In this document: positions 18,892 through 27,840 of the stretch, in pieces
How the letters are laid out: each line of letters begins with the position of its first letter
Numbering within the stretch: position 1 is the first letter of the stretch
NCBI GenBank assembly: GCA_964474655.1
Contig: CAYYTU010000001.1
Coordinates: forward strand, 97,009 to 161,008
Source of the DNA: an uncultured Anaerolineales bacterium
Lineage (GTDB): Bacteria > Chloroflexota > Anaerolineae > B4-G1
Length of the DNA stretch: 64,000 bases
Reading direction: 5' to 3'
Translations under genes and position numbers: made by a program
Notes under the pieces: model-generated
Database searches by the model: none
The model's input: only the letters and a program-made list of their open reading frames with translations
Told to the model about the DNA's origin: nothing

Positions 18892-19551
18892 GTGCTTTTC
18901 TTTCGTCTGGGAACGGTAGGCTACGAGGAGGCCCATCGGCTTCAGAAACGGCTGGCCGAGGCGCGGGCGCAGGACGCTATCGGCGATGTGGTATTGTTGC
19001 TCCAGCACAGGCCGGTGATCACCATCGGGCGCGGCGGGGGCGCGGAGGACGTGTTGGCCTCCGCCTCACTGCTGCGCCGGGAGGGCGTGCGCCTGGTGGA
19101 GACCGACCGCGGCGGCAAGGCGACCTACCACGGCCCCGGGCAACTGATCGCCTATCCGATTATGCGGGTCGAAAAGAGCGCCCTTTACGACTTCGTATGG
19201 CGTCTGGAGGAGACGGTCATCCGGGCGCTGGCGACGTACGGCCTCACGGCCGGCCGCATGGAGCAGCATCCCGGCGTCTGGGTCGACGGCGACAAAATCG
19301 CTGCCATCGGGTTGGCGGTGCGCGAGGGGGTCACCCGCCACGGCCTGGCGCTGAACGTGGCGCCCCGGATGGCCCACTTCGAGTTGCTGATTCCCTGCGG
19401 CATCACGGATCACGGCGTGACGTCGATGGCGCAGGTGCTGGGGCAGGCGCCGCCGCTGGGAGAGGTGAGCGGGCGCTTGGTGGGCACCTTCGCTCAGGTA
19501 TTCGAGTGTGACGTCGAGGCGCGGGACGGCCTTGATGGCTTTATCCGTTGA
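18892..19551 (+). CDS. lipB: lipoyl(octanoyl) transferase
   Basis: RGGKATYHGPGQ, KIAAIG and PCGI motifs of LipB. GTG start. Confidence 0.85.
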   Translation: MLFFRLGTVGYEEAHRLQKRLAEARAQDAIGDVVLLLQHRPVITIGRGGGAEDVLASASLLRREGVRLVETDRGGKATYHGPGQLIAYPIMRVEKSALYDFVWRLEETVIRALATYGLTAGRMEQHPGVWVDGDKIAAIGLAVREGVTRHGLALNVAPRMAHFELLIPCGITDHGVTSMAQVLGQAPPLGEVSGRLVGTFAQVFECDVEARDGLDGFIR

Positions 19552-19578
19552 CCTGTTTGAGGCAACAGGAGGTTTCCT

Positions 19579-20778
19579 TTGGCACGTGACAAAGAGATCA
19601 TACTGGACTTGGCGCGGCGCGACTCCACCTTCGTGGATCGTTTGGGCGCAACTAGCCGGTTGATCAGACAATGCATTCAATGTGGCACCTGTTCTTCTTC
19701 CTGTCCCACCGCCTACGCTATGGATTATACGCCGCGCCAGGTATGGCGTCTGGTGCAATGGGGCTTCGTGGAGGAGATATTGAACAGTCGCACCTTTTGG
19801 CTCTGCACGGTCTGCAACTCCTGCCAGGTGCGCTGTCGCCGGGGCATCGACATCAAGGACGCCATGGTCGCTCTCAAGGAGTGGGCCGTGCGGGAAGACG
19901 TCCGCGTCCCCGATCGCATGGGGCTGCTGGAAGAGACAGTCACCGCCTGCTACAACATCTCCGGCGACGATAACGCCAGCCGGCTCGTCTGGAGCGAGAA
20001 CCTGCTTGATCCCCCGCCAGGGGTGAAGCCCCGTCGCCAGACGGCCGAGACGGTCTACTTCGTCGGCTGCGTCAGTTCGTTCTATCCGCGGGCCTATTCC
20101 ATCCCCCGCGCCCTGGTGCAGATACTAGATCGGGCTGGGGAGGAGTTCACCACCCTGGGGGGCGAGGAGTGGTGCTGCGGCTACCCGCTTTATGTGGCGG
20201 GGATGCGCTCTCGTATGGCCGATCTGGCGCGGCATAACCTGGAGCAGGTGCGGGCAGTAGGGGCGAGGCGAGTGGTCTTCACGTGTCCCTCTTGCCTTTA
20301 CGCCTGGTCGCATCTCCACCCGGAGATGGTGGATACGTCGGGGTTGGAATTGCTCCACGCCACGGAGATGCTGGTCGATTTGTTGGATGCGGATCGCCTG
20401 GCCCTGGGGCCGGTGGAGGAGGTCGTGACTTACCACGATCCCTGCGATTTGGGGCGCAAGAACGGCATCTACGAGGCGCCGCGAGCGGTGATGGGCGCCA
20501 TCCCGGGGCTGGAGCTGCGCGAGATGTCGATGAACCGTCGGGACGCATTGTGCTGCGGGGGTGGCGGCGACGTGGAGACGGTGGACCCGGATATTCCCGT
20601 CCAGGTGGCGGAGAGACGTCTGGCCCAGGTGGAAGCGACCGGTGCCAAGTATGTCGCCTCCGCCTGTCAGCAGTGCCAACGCACGCTCCAGGAGGGAGCG
20701 CGCAGAAATCGCATCCGCATCCGCGCGATCGACGTGGTGGAACTGCTCTGGCGTTCGGTCCAGGCAGCCGATGAGTGA
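19579..20778 (+). CDS. HdrD-like Fe-S protein (fused HdrC-type 2x[4Fe-4S] + HdrB-type tandem CCG domains)
   Basis: CIQCGTCSSSCP and CTVCNSCQVRC ferredoxin motifs, followed by two Cx(n)CCG(x)n C domains (FVGCVSS...CCGYP; YHDPCDLGR...CCGGGGD). Confidence 0.8.
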   Translation: MARDKEIILDLARRDSTFVDRLGATSRLIRQCIQCGTCSSSCPTAYAMDYTPRQVWRLVQWGFVEEILNSRTFWLCTVCNSCQVRCRRGIDIKDAMVALKEWAVREDVRVPDRMGLLEETVTACYNISGDDNASRLVWSENLLDPPPGVKPRRQTAETVYFVGCVSSFYPRAYSIPRALVQILDRAGEEFTTLGGEEWCCGYPLYVAGMRSRMADLARHNLEQVRAVGARRVVFTCPSCLYAWSHLHPEMVDTSGLELLHATEMLVDLLDADRLALGPVEEVVTYHDPCDLGRKNGIYEAPRAVMGAIPGLELREMSMNRRDALCCGGGGDVETVDPDIPVQVAERRLAQVEATGAKYVASACQQCQRTLQEGARRNRIRIRAIDVVELLWRSVQAADE

Positions 20779-22759
20779 GAAGGAGTGCGCAGTGGAAAAC
20801 GTTCGGATTGGCGTCTACGTCTGTGAGTGCGGGGGGAATATCTCATCTACGGTGGACGTCGATGAGGTGGTGGCATCTATCGCCGATATGCCGGGAGTGG
20901 TGGTGGCCCGCAAGCACCGCTATATGTGCTCTGGGCCTGGTCAAAACGTGATTCAGCAGGACATCCGCGAGCATAACCTGGAGCGGGTGGTGGTGGCTTC
21001 GTGTACTCCACGGATGCACGAGCCCACTTTCCAGCGCACGTTGGAGGAGGCGGGGCTCAATCCCTTCCTGCTGGAGATGGCGAACATCCGCGAGCACGTC
21101 TCCTGGGTAGTCGAGGACCCCGATAAGGCGACGGAAAAGGCCAAGCGCCTGACGCGCGCGGCGGTGGCCCGCGTGGGACTCCATTCCGCCCTGGAACCGC
21201 GCCAGGAGCCGTTCAGCGAGGCTTCCCTGGTGGTCGGCGGGGGCATCGCCGGTATTCAGGCCGCGCTCTCCATCGCCGATATGGGCTATCAGGTCTATCT
21301 GGTGGAGCGGGAGCCCTCCATCGGCGGGCGGATGGCCCAGCTCAACAAGACGTTCCCCACCCTGGACTGTAGCACCTGAATATTGGGACCGAAGATGATG
21401 GATGTCGGTCGGCATCCCAACATCACATTGCTCAGTTGCAGCGAGGTCGAGGAGGTCTCCGGATACGTGGGCAACTTCGACGTCCGCATCCGCAAGCGGG
21501 CTCGCTTCGTGGACGAGGACCTGTGCACCGGCTGCGGCTTGTGCCAGGAGAAGTGCCCCGCGCAGGTGACGGACGAGAGCTTCGAGGCGGGGCTGGGGGA
21601 GCGGAAGGCCATCTATCGGCCCTTCGATCAGGCCATCCCCAACGTGCCCGTGCTGGACGCAGACCATTGCATCTACTTCCAGCGTGATGGGCGCTGTGGG
21701 GCCTGCGCGAAGCTCTGCCCCACCGGCGCGGTGGACTACGAGCAGGAGGATCAGCTGCTGGATGTGGAGGTGGGGACCATCATCGTGGCGACGGGCTTTG
21801 GGATGTGGGACCCGGCGCAGCTGTCGCAGTATTCCTACGGCCAATCTCCGGACGTGCTCACCGGGCTTCAGTTCGAGCGCCTGAGCAGCGCCAGCGGCCC
21901 CACCGAGGGTCGGATCGTGACCAGCGCCGGGGAGCCTCCGGAGAGCGTGGCCATCATTCACTGCGTCGGCAGTCGCGACGAGAATGCGCACGCCTATTGT
22001 TCGCGCGTCTGTTGCATGTATGCCCTGAAGCAGGCCCATCTGGTCCGCGAGAAGACCGAGGCGGAGGTATACGAGTTCTACATCGATATGCGCACCTCCA
22101 GCAAGACGTACGAGGAGTTCTACGAGCGGCTGCAAGGGGAGGAGGTGACGTTCGTGCGCGGTCACGTCGCCGAGGTGGAAGTATTGCCGGATGATCGGCT
22201 GCGCGTGCGGGGGGAGGACGCCGACCTGGGCTGGGTCTTCGCGCTAGATGTCGATATGGTCGTCTTGGCCTCGGCCATTGAGCCGCAGCCAGATGCCGGG
22301 CACGTGGCGGCGCTGTTCGGTCTCGGACGCGCTGCCGACGGTTGGTTCTCCGAGGCTCATCCAAAGTTGCGCCCGGTGGAGACCAACGTCGGGGGCGTCT
22401 TTCTGGCCGGTTGCTGCCAGGGGCCGCGGGACATACCGGACACGGTGGCCCACGCCGAGGCCGCGGCTCACGAGGCGGTCAAGCTCCACAATCGCGGCCA
22501 AGTCACCATCTCGCCCCTGGTGGCCGTGGTGGACGAGGATCTCTGCTCCGCCTGCAAGACCTGCCTGACGCTCTGTCCCTACGAGGCCATCAGCTTCGTC
22601 CCAGAGGAGGGCGTGGCGCGTGTGAACGAGGCGCTGTGTAAGGGCTGCGGCACCTGCGTGGCGGCTTGCCCGGCCGGAGCGATCACTGCCCGGCATTTCA
22701 CGAGCGAGCAGATCCTGGCGCAGATCGAGAGCCTCTTCCGAGCGCCTGTGGAGCGGTAG
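20771..22759 (+). CDS. hdrA: heterodisulfide reductase subunit A-like flavoprotein, predicted selenoprotein (in-frame TGA at 21377-21379 = residue 203)
   Basis: ORFs 20561..21379 and 21383..22759 share one frame and are separated only by a TGA. HdrA N-terminal Cys domain (VYVCECGGNIS...CSGPG...ASCTPRMHEPTF). FAD site (VVGGGIAGIQAA...[28 protein letters not shown]). Inserted and C-terminal ferredoxin domains. ATG overlaps the hdrD-like stop (ATGAGTGA). Confidence 0.75.
21383..21420 (+). other. candidate bacterial SECIS hairpin immediately 3' of the hdrA UGA
   Basis: TTGGGA(21383-88) pairs with TCCCAA(21415-20). Inner CCGA/TCGG plus further G-U/G-C pairs. Starts 4 nt after the TGA. Confidence 0.4.
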
Positions 22760-23107
22760 ATAGCCTTGTGCTAGAGTGTATCCTTCTGCATCTACTGATC
22801 CGAACAGCTGCATCTACCCTATGGTTAAGCAATAGCGCCAAGCTCTTTGGGATTTCGCGTGGTCGATAGCTTGAGATTGCTCAGCGGGGGTGTGTCCCTA
22901 TGCGCGTCAACTTAAGCGTTGATGTGTAGAAATTCTTGCTCCAGCGGGGTTGCAAACCCCACTGTCTGACCATAAAGTGGTGCTGAAGTCTTTATGGTCA
23001 CCAAACCCGCTCTGAGCACCCCGCAAAGTCCCAGATAACCTGGCGCCAAAGATTCTCCTTGTAGCTGCTCTTGTTGTAGCTGCCTTTGGCGGGCGCGTGT
23101 GCGCGGA

Positions 23108-23136
23108 TTGACACCCATTACCCTTCGTGGTATAAA
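23108..23136 (+). promoter_or_regulatory. candidate sigma70-type promoter for the ccm cluster (TTGACA-17nt-TATAAA)
   Basis: TTGACAcccattacccttcgtggTATAAA about 130 nt upstream of the ccmE ATG. Confidence 0.35.
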
Positions 23137-23263
23137 CTCCCGATAAGAATTTTGAATATGGCCAACTATCTTATTCTGGTTGGGGATGGTCCAATCGGCG
23201 AGATTGGAGTTTTGTTTGTTGGACAGGCGTGTTAGGTCTGGTTAGAAAACAGGAAAGGCGACT

Positions 23264-23746
23264 ATGCCAGGTAGACTGAAGTTCATCATCGCAGGGCTGC
23301 TGATCGTAGCTGCTGTGGTTTATTTGATCGTCACCAGCACGGGCAGCACGGCGCGCTACTTTATGACCGTGCAAGAGTTGCAGGCGATGAGCGATGCTGG
23401 CGAGCGTAACGTCACAATCTCTGGCGCGGTGCTGGGAGATACTATCGCTTATGATTCCTCCAGGCCTCGCGTGACTTTTACCATTGTGCAGGTGCCCGGC
23501 GATCCCAAGGAGGTGGAGCGGGCCGGCGGGCTGTCCAAGGTGCTCCACGATGCTGTCAACGACCCCGATGCCCCGCGCCTGGAAATCGTCTACGACGACG
23601 TGAAGCCCGATCTCTTGCAGCACGAGAGCCAGGCCATCATACGCGGTCGATTGCAGGAAGACGGCCGCTTCCACGCCGATGAGGTGCTCCTCAAGTGCCC
23701 CACGCGTTACGAGGAGGGCGTGCCGGACCAGGGTGAGGAGGGATGA
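23264..23746 (+). CDS. ccmE: cytochrome c-type biogenesis heme chaperone CcmE (CxxxY variant)
   Basis: N-terminal TM anchor and OB-fold. C-terminal LLKCPTRYEEGVP sits where the canonical LAKHDEKY heme-binding motif is, with Cys instead of His. Confidence 0.75.
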   Translation: MPGRLKFIIAGLLIVAAVVYLIVTSTGSTARYFMTVQELQAMSDAGERNVTISGAVLGDTIAYDSSRPRVTFTIVQVPGDPKEVERAGGLSKVLHDAVNDPDAPRLEIVYDDVKPDLLQHESQAIIRGRLQEDGRFHADEVLLKCPTRYEEGVPDQGEEG

Positions 23747-26262
23747 TGCTAGCGCAGATTGGCTCCGTTCTCACGGCTTTGGCGTTGACCGCGGCTCTGT
23801 ACGCGGCCTTCGCCATATATTGGTCCATTCGGCGAGATGATTTACGCTGGGCTGCCAGTGGTCGTAACGCCGTCTATGCCGCTGCCGGGCTGCTGGGGCT
23901 GGCCGTGCTGGTCCTGTTGGCGGCTTTCCTCGACGACCAATTTTACATCCGGTACGTGGCTCAGCACTCCAGCCGCGCCCTACCGTTTTACCTGAAGGCG
24001 TCGGCGGTTTGGGGCGGGCAAGCGGGGTCGCTGTTGCTCTGGTCGTTCTTACAGGCGCTCTTCGCCGCGCTGTTGGTGTGGCATCCGCCAAGGCAGGGGC
24101 GTGTGTTGATTCCCTGGGCGACGGTCTTCCTCAGCTTGATCACGGTCTTTTTCACCGCTGTGACGCTCTTCCTCTCCAATCCGTTTGCGATGGCGACGAC
24201 GGTGCCGGCCGATGGGCAAGGGCTCAATCCGCTGCTTCGTCATCCCGGGATGATCTTCCATCCCCCGGCGATGTATCTGGGCTACGTCGGGCTGGCGGTG
24301 CCCTTCGCCCTGGCCCTGGCGGCGGTGGTCGTCCGGCGCGTCGACGATTGGCCCGCGGCCGCTCGCCGCTGGACCCTGGCGGCCTGGCTCTTTCTGGGGC
24401 TGGGGTTGTTGCTGGGAATGCGTTGGGCCTACGATGTGTTGGGCTGGGGCGGGTATTGGGGCTGGGACCCGGTGGAGAACGCCGGATTGATGCCCTGGCT
24501 CACCGCGACGGCCTTGCTTCATGGTTTGGTGATGCAGGACCAACGACGTGGATTTCGCTGGTGGAACCTGTTGCTGGTCCTTCTTTCATTTGTGTTGGTG
24601 CTCTTCGGTACCTTCACCACGCGCAGCGGCCTGATTCAGTCCGTACACGCTTTTGCTCGTTCCAATCTGGGCCTCTACTTCTTGGGCGCGATTGCCCTGA
24701 CGCTATTGGGCTCGCTGGCTCTGTTCTTCACTCGTCGGTCGCTGCTGACCGATGATGAGGCCACGGATGACCTCTTCTCACGCGAAGGAATGTTCATCCT
24801 GACGTTGATTCTATTTTTGACCATTACAGTCTCCGTGTTCGTTGGTAGTACCTTGCCCACGCTCACCGGGGGGACGTTCGAGGCGCCTCCGGCCTGGTTC
24901 GATCGGGTCACTGGCCCGCAGTTCGCCGCGCTGGTGCTGGTGATGGGCCTCTGTCCGCTGCTGGGCCGGGCCGTCAACGCGCTGCGCCAGCTGGAGCGAC
25001 GTGGGTTCAGCGCGTTGTTGGGAAGCGTGTTGGTGACGGGGATTGCCGTGCTGGTCGGCTTCACGCGCCCAGCTTCGCTTATTGGCTTCGCCATTGTTGG
25101 TCTGGCCGGTGGGACGGCCCTGGGTGAGATAAGTCGTGCTCTCGCTGCCCGCGTCCGCAAGGGCGAGGGGCCGGCTCAGGCATTGTGGCGTCTCTTCGGG
25201 CGGAACCATCGCCGTTACGGCGGCTACCTGGTCCATTTGGGCGTGATCTTGATGGCCGTGGGCGTCATCGGCACGCGCTTCTATCCCTTCGAGACCGAGA
25301 TAGTGATAGCGCCTGGCGAATCCATCACGGTGGGCGACTATGCTCTGGTCTTCGAGGACTTGAAGCAAGAGTCCGCCAGCGATCACGTTTCCACTCGCGC
25401 CTCGCTCGCGGTCTATCGCGGCGATAAGCATTTGCGCACGCTCTATCCTCAGCTGGACAATTACCAGGATTTCCATCAAACAATCGCGATTCCCGCGGTG
25501 CGGGCCGGCGTGCGGGAGGACCTCTATTTGATTCTGGCGGGTTGGTCCGATGGTGGTACCAGCGCGACGTTCAAGGTCTTCATCAACCCGCTGGCTATGT
25601 TCCTCTGGCTGGGCGGGCTGGTCTTTATGGCCGGCGGCGCGGTGGCATTGTGGCCGTCGCTGGACGAGGCGCGACTCTCCGCGCCCCAGATGCGTCGTCG
25701 TCGCGTATGGAGCGTCCTTGGCCTGGGTGTGGGTGTGGTTCTGTTGGCGTTAGCCGTGTGGGCGATGTGGGGCACTGGGCAGGGCACGGCTGCTCCAGCG
25801 CCAGATTCTGGCGCCCAACTGGCTCAATCGCAGTCGTCGCGCGTCCGCGAGGGTGAGCCAGCGCCTGGCTTTGCGCTTGATCTCTTGGACGAATCCACGC
25901 TCGACCTCGCCGACCTGCGGGGGGAAGTGGTGGTGCTCAACTTCTGGGCCACCTGGTGTCCGCCTTGCGAGGACGAGCTGCCCGACTTCCAGTCCGTGTG
26001 GGAGGATTATCGTCAGCGCAATGTCGTCTTCGTGGGCCTGACCATCCAGGAGGATATGGCCGAGGTGGAGGAGATGCTTGCTCGGTTGGGCGTCACATAC
26101 CCGGTCGGGCTCGACGCTCAACAGCAAATCGCCCTTGAGTACGGCATCACCGGCGTGCCGGAGACCTTCGTGATCGATCCCCAGGGTGACGTGGCTTCCG
26201 TCCACATCGGGCCGGTGAGCGCCGGGCAGCTCCGTCAGGACCTGGACAACTTGCTGGAGTGA
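23743..26262 (+). CDS. ccmF: cytochrome c-type biogenesis protein CcmF fused to a C-terminal thioredoxin-like (CcmG/TlpA/ResA-type) domain
   Basis: WWD motif WGGYWGWDPVENA and polytopic CcmF body (~650 aa). Residues ~690-839 form a TlpA-like domain (VLNFWATWCPPCEDELP). ATGA overlap with ccmE. Confidence 0.85.
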   Translation: MMLAQIGSVLTALALTAALYAAFAIYWSIRRDDLRWAASGRNAVYAAAGLLGLAVLVLLAAFLDDQFYIRYVAQHSSRALPFYLKASAVWGGQAGSLLLWSFLQALFAALLVWHPPRQGRVLIPWATVFLSLITVFFTAVTLFLSNPFAMATTVPADGQGLNPLLRHPGMIFHPPAMYLGYVGLAVPFALALAAVVVRRVDDWPAAARRWTLAAWLFLGLGLLLGMRWAYDVLGWGGYWGWDPVENAGLMPWLTATALLHGLVMQDQRRGFRWWNLLLVLLSFVLVLFGTFTTRSGLIQSVHAFARSNLGLYFLGAIALTLLGSLALFFTRRSLLTDDEATDDLFSREGMFILTLILFLTITVSVFVGSTLPTLTGGTFEAPPAWFDRVTGPQFAALVLVMGLCPLLGRAVNALRQLERRGFSALLGSVLVTGIAVLVGFTRPASLIGFAIVGLAGGTALGEISRALAARVRKGEGPAQALWRLFGRNHRRYGGYLVHLGVILMAVGVIGTRFYPFETEIVIAPGESITVGDYALVFEDLKQESASDHVSTRASLAVYRGDKHLRTLYPQLDNYQDFHQTIAIPAVRAGVREDLYLILAGWSDGGTSATFKVFINPLAMFLWLGGLVFMAGGAVALWPSLDEARLSAPQMRRRRVWSVLGLGVGVVLLALAVWAMWGTGQGTAAPAPDSGAQLAQSQSSRVREGEPAPGFALDLLDESTLDLADLRGEVVVLNFWATWCPPCEDELPDFQSVWEDYRQRNVVFVGLTIQEDMAEVEEMLARLGVTYPVGLDAQQQIALEYGITGVPETFVIDPQGDVASVHIGPVSAGQLRQDLDNLLE

Positions 26263-26323
26263 GATGGTAGGCAAGTGAGGCAAGTTCACGGATAGCAATA
26301 TGGACGTCTGGAAGTGAGAAGTT

Positions 26324-26575
26324 ATGGAGATTGGGGCAATTCTAATCGGTATTGCGTTGACGGTAATCGTCGGGGCATATTTGGCCCGACCTTTTCGTGC
26401 GGGAAACGTCGATGATCAAGTAATCGAAACCTGGGTCTCGCGTGCCCGGAATGAGAGTGGGGATGTGCCGGGGAGTGAAGAATCGGCGGCGGTCAATTTC
26501 TGCCCGCAGTGTGGCCGGCGTGTCGCTCCCGACGACCGCTTCTGTGCTGGCTGCGGCAGACAACTACGGGGGTGA
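26324..26575 (+). CDS. small membrane-anchored zinc-ribbon protein
   Basis: N-terminal TM helix, C-terminal CPQCG...CAGCG zinc ribbon. Confidence 0.5.
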   Translation: MEIGAILIGIALTVIVGAYLARPFRAGNVDDQVIETWVSRARNESGDVPGSEESAAVNFCPQCGRRVAPDDRFCAGCGRQLRG

Positions 26576-26580
26576 GGACG

Positions 26581-27804
26581 ATGATGAGGAGTGACGTGCG
26601 CCGAGCTGAGCTTGTCGAAAGCCCACGAGTTTTACGTTTCACGGTGGTCGCACTGTTTCTCTTCGCTGCTCTGCTGACCATGGCCTGGGCTCCCCATCCT
26701 CAAACCGGTTCGGTCTCCATCACTGGCCAGGTGACCAACGGCACGCCGGACGGCGCTGTGCCGGAGGATCTCGCGGTCACGCTCCACATCTTCGCCGAGA
26801 TGGAGGAGCGAGACGTCTATACCACGACGTTGGGAACCGATACCACTTTCCGCTTTGAGGACGTCGCTCTGTCCGAGGGGGATACCCTGGTGACGCGGGC
26901 TCTCTACGACGGCGTGATGTACACCTCGGCGTTTACATCCGCCACGTCCACGGCGGATGAGCAGGAGATCGCCTTGCCGATCACGATCTACGAAACGACC
27001 GATGATCCCGGCGAGGTCTTGATATCCCAGCTGCACGTGTTTGTCAATCAGGTAGGTGATCGCCTCCAGATCGGTCAATACTGTCTGATCAGCAACACCG
27101 GTGATCGTGCCTACCGGGGAACGGTGGACCCGCAGACCGGCGAGCGTATGACGTTGGCTTTTGAGTTGCCGGCAGGGGGAGAGAATCTTAGCTTCGATGA
27201 CGCTGGCAGTGAGCGATATGTGACGCGCGAGAACGGCTTCGCCGATACCAGGCCGGTTCTGCCGGGCGACAGCACCGTCGAGATCTCCTTCAATTACGAG
27301 ATCCCCTATCAGGAGGGGATGGAGGTGCAGCAGGCGTTTGACGTTCCGGTCCGCGCTGGCGTGTTGGTGCTCCCCGAGGGCGATATCGAGTTGGTGGGAG
27401 AGGGAATCTCGTCGGAAGGGACCATCGATACGCAGATGGGGCCGGCGCTTTCCTATACCGCTGGGCCGCTGGCGGCCGACGAGTCGTTGACGTTCAACGT
27501 CGTCTCTCAGCCGACAATCTCACAGGGCAGCACAGGATCTGATCAGCGGACAAGCAGAGGGGCTGGCTCTGGTAGGGCGCGTGGGATTGCCGTGGGGCTG
27601 GCGGCGCTGGCTGCCGCGGGTGTGGCGGCTTATCTGATGTGGCGCTCGCCGGGGCAAAGGACGGTGCCGGCGCAGGTGCGCTCGCAGGTGGAGGCCATCG
27701 CCGTGCTGGATGCTGACTTCGAGGCCGGGCGCGTATCCGAGGAGGATTATCGAAAGAAGCGCCGGTCGCTCAAGCGCGAGGTGCGGGAGCAGCTTGCAGG
27801 GTAA
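26581..27804 (+). CDS. bitopic membrane protein with large extracytoplasmic domain and C-terminal SHOCT-like motif
   Basis: Start ATGATG after GGTGAGGA. TM helices near both ends. C-terminal LDADFEAGRVSEEDYRKKRRSLKREV resembles the SHOCT short C-terminal domain. Confidence 0.55.
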   Translation: MMRSDVRRAELVESPRVLRFTVVALFLFAALLTMAWAPHPQTGSVSITGQVTNGTPDGAVPEDLAVTLHIFAEMEERDVYTTTLGTDTTFRFEDVALSEGDTLVTRALYDGVMYTSAFTSATSTADEQEIALPITIYETTDDPGEVLISQLHVFVNQVGDRLQIGQYCLISNTGDRAYRGTVDPQTGERMTLAFELPAGGENLSFDDAGSERYVTRENGFADTRPVLPGDSTVEISFNYEIPYQEGMEVQQAFDVPVRAGVLVLPEGDIELVGEGISSEGTIDTQMGPALSYTAGPLAADESLTFNVVSQPTISQGSTGSDQRTSRGAGSGRARGIAVGLAALAAAGVAAYLMWRSPGQRTVPAQVRSQVEAIAVLDADFEAGRVSEEDYRKKRRSLKREVREQLAG

Positions 27805-27840
27805 CAGCGAGGCTGACAAAGTTTCCGGGCGAGTTTACAT

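Noticed and set aside
20561-20770. Upstream extension of the hdrA ORF (MAATWRRW...).
   Set aside because: It overlaps the 3' end of the hdrD-like gene in another frame. The HdrA-like sequence begins at the ATG at 20771 (MSEKECAVENVRIGVYVCECGG).
11904-22165. Long minus-strand ORFs antisense to the dehydrogenase/hdr operon (11904..12746, 12955..13488, 14032..15099, 15024..15815, 15970..17646, 17833..19008, 20843..22165).
   Set aside because: They lie exactly antisense to strongly supported plus-strand genes. Their translations are Arg/Ala/Gly/Pro-rich and low-complexity with no motifs. These are typical GC-rich shadow ORFs.
22760-23263. tRNA or CRISPR in the long intergenic region.
   Set aside because: No cloverleaf-compatible acceptor or T-arm (the GGGGTT-gca-AACCCC loop is too short for a T-loop). 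No regularly spaced direct repeats anywhere in the window.
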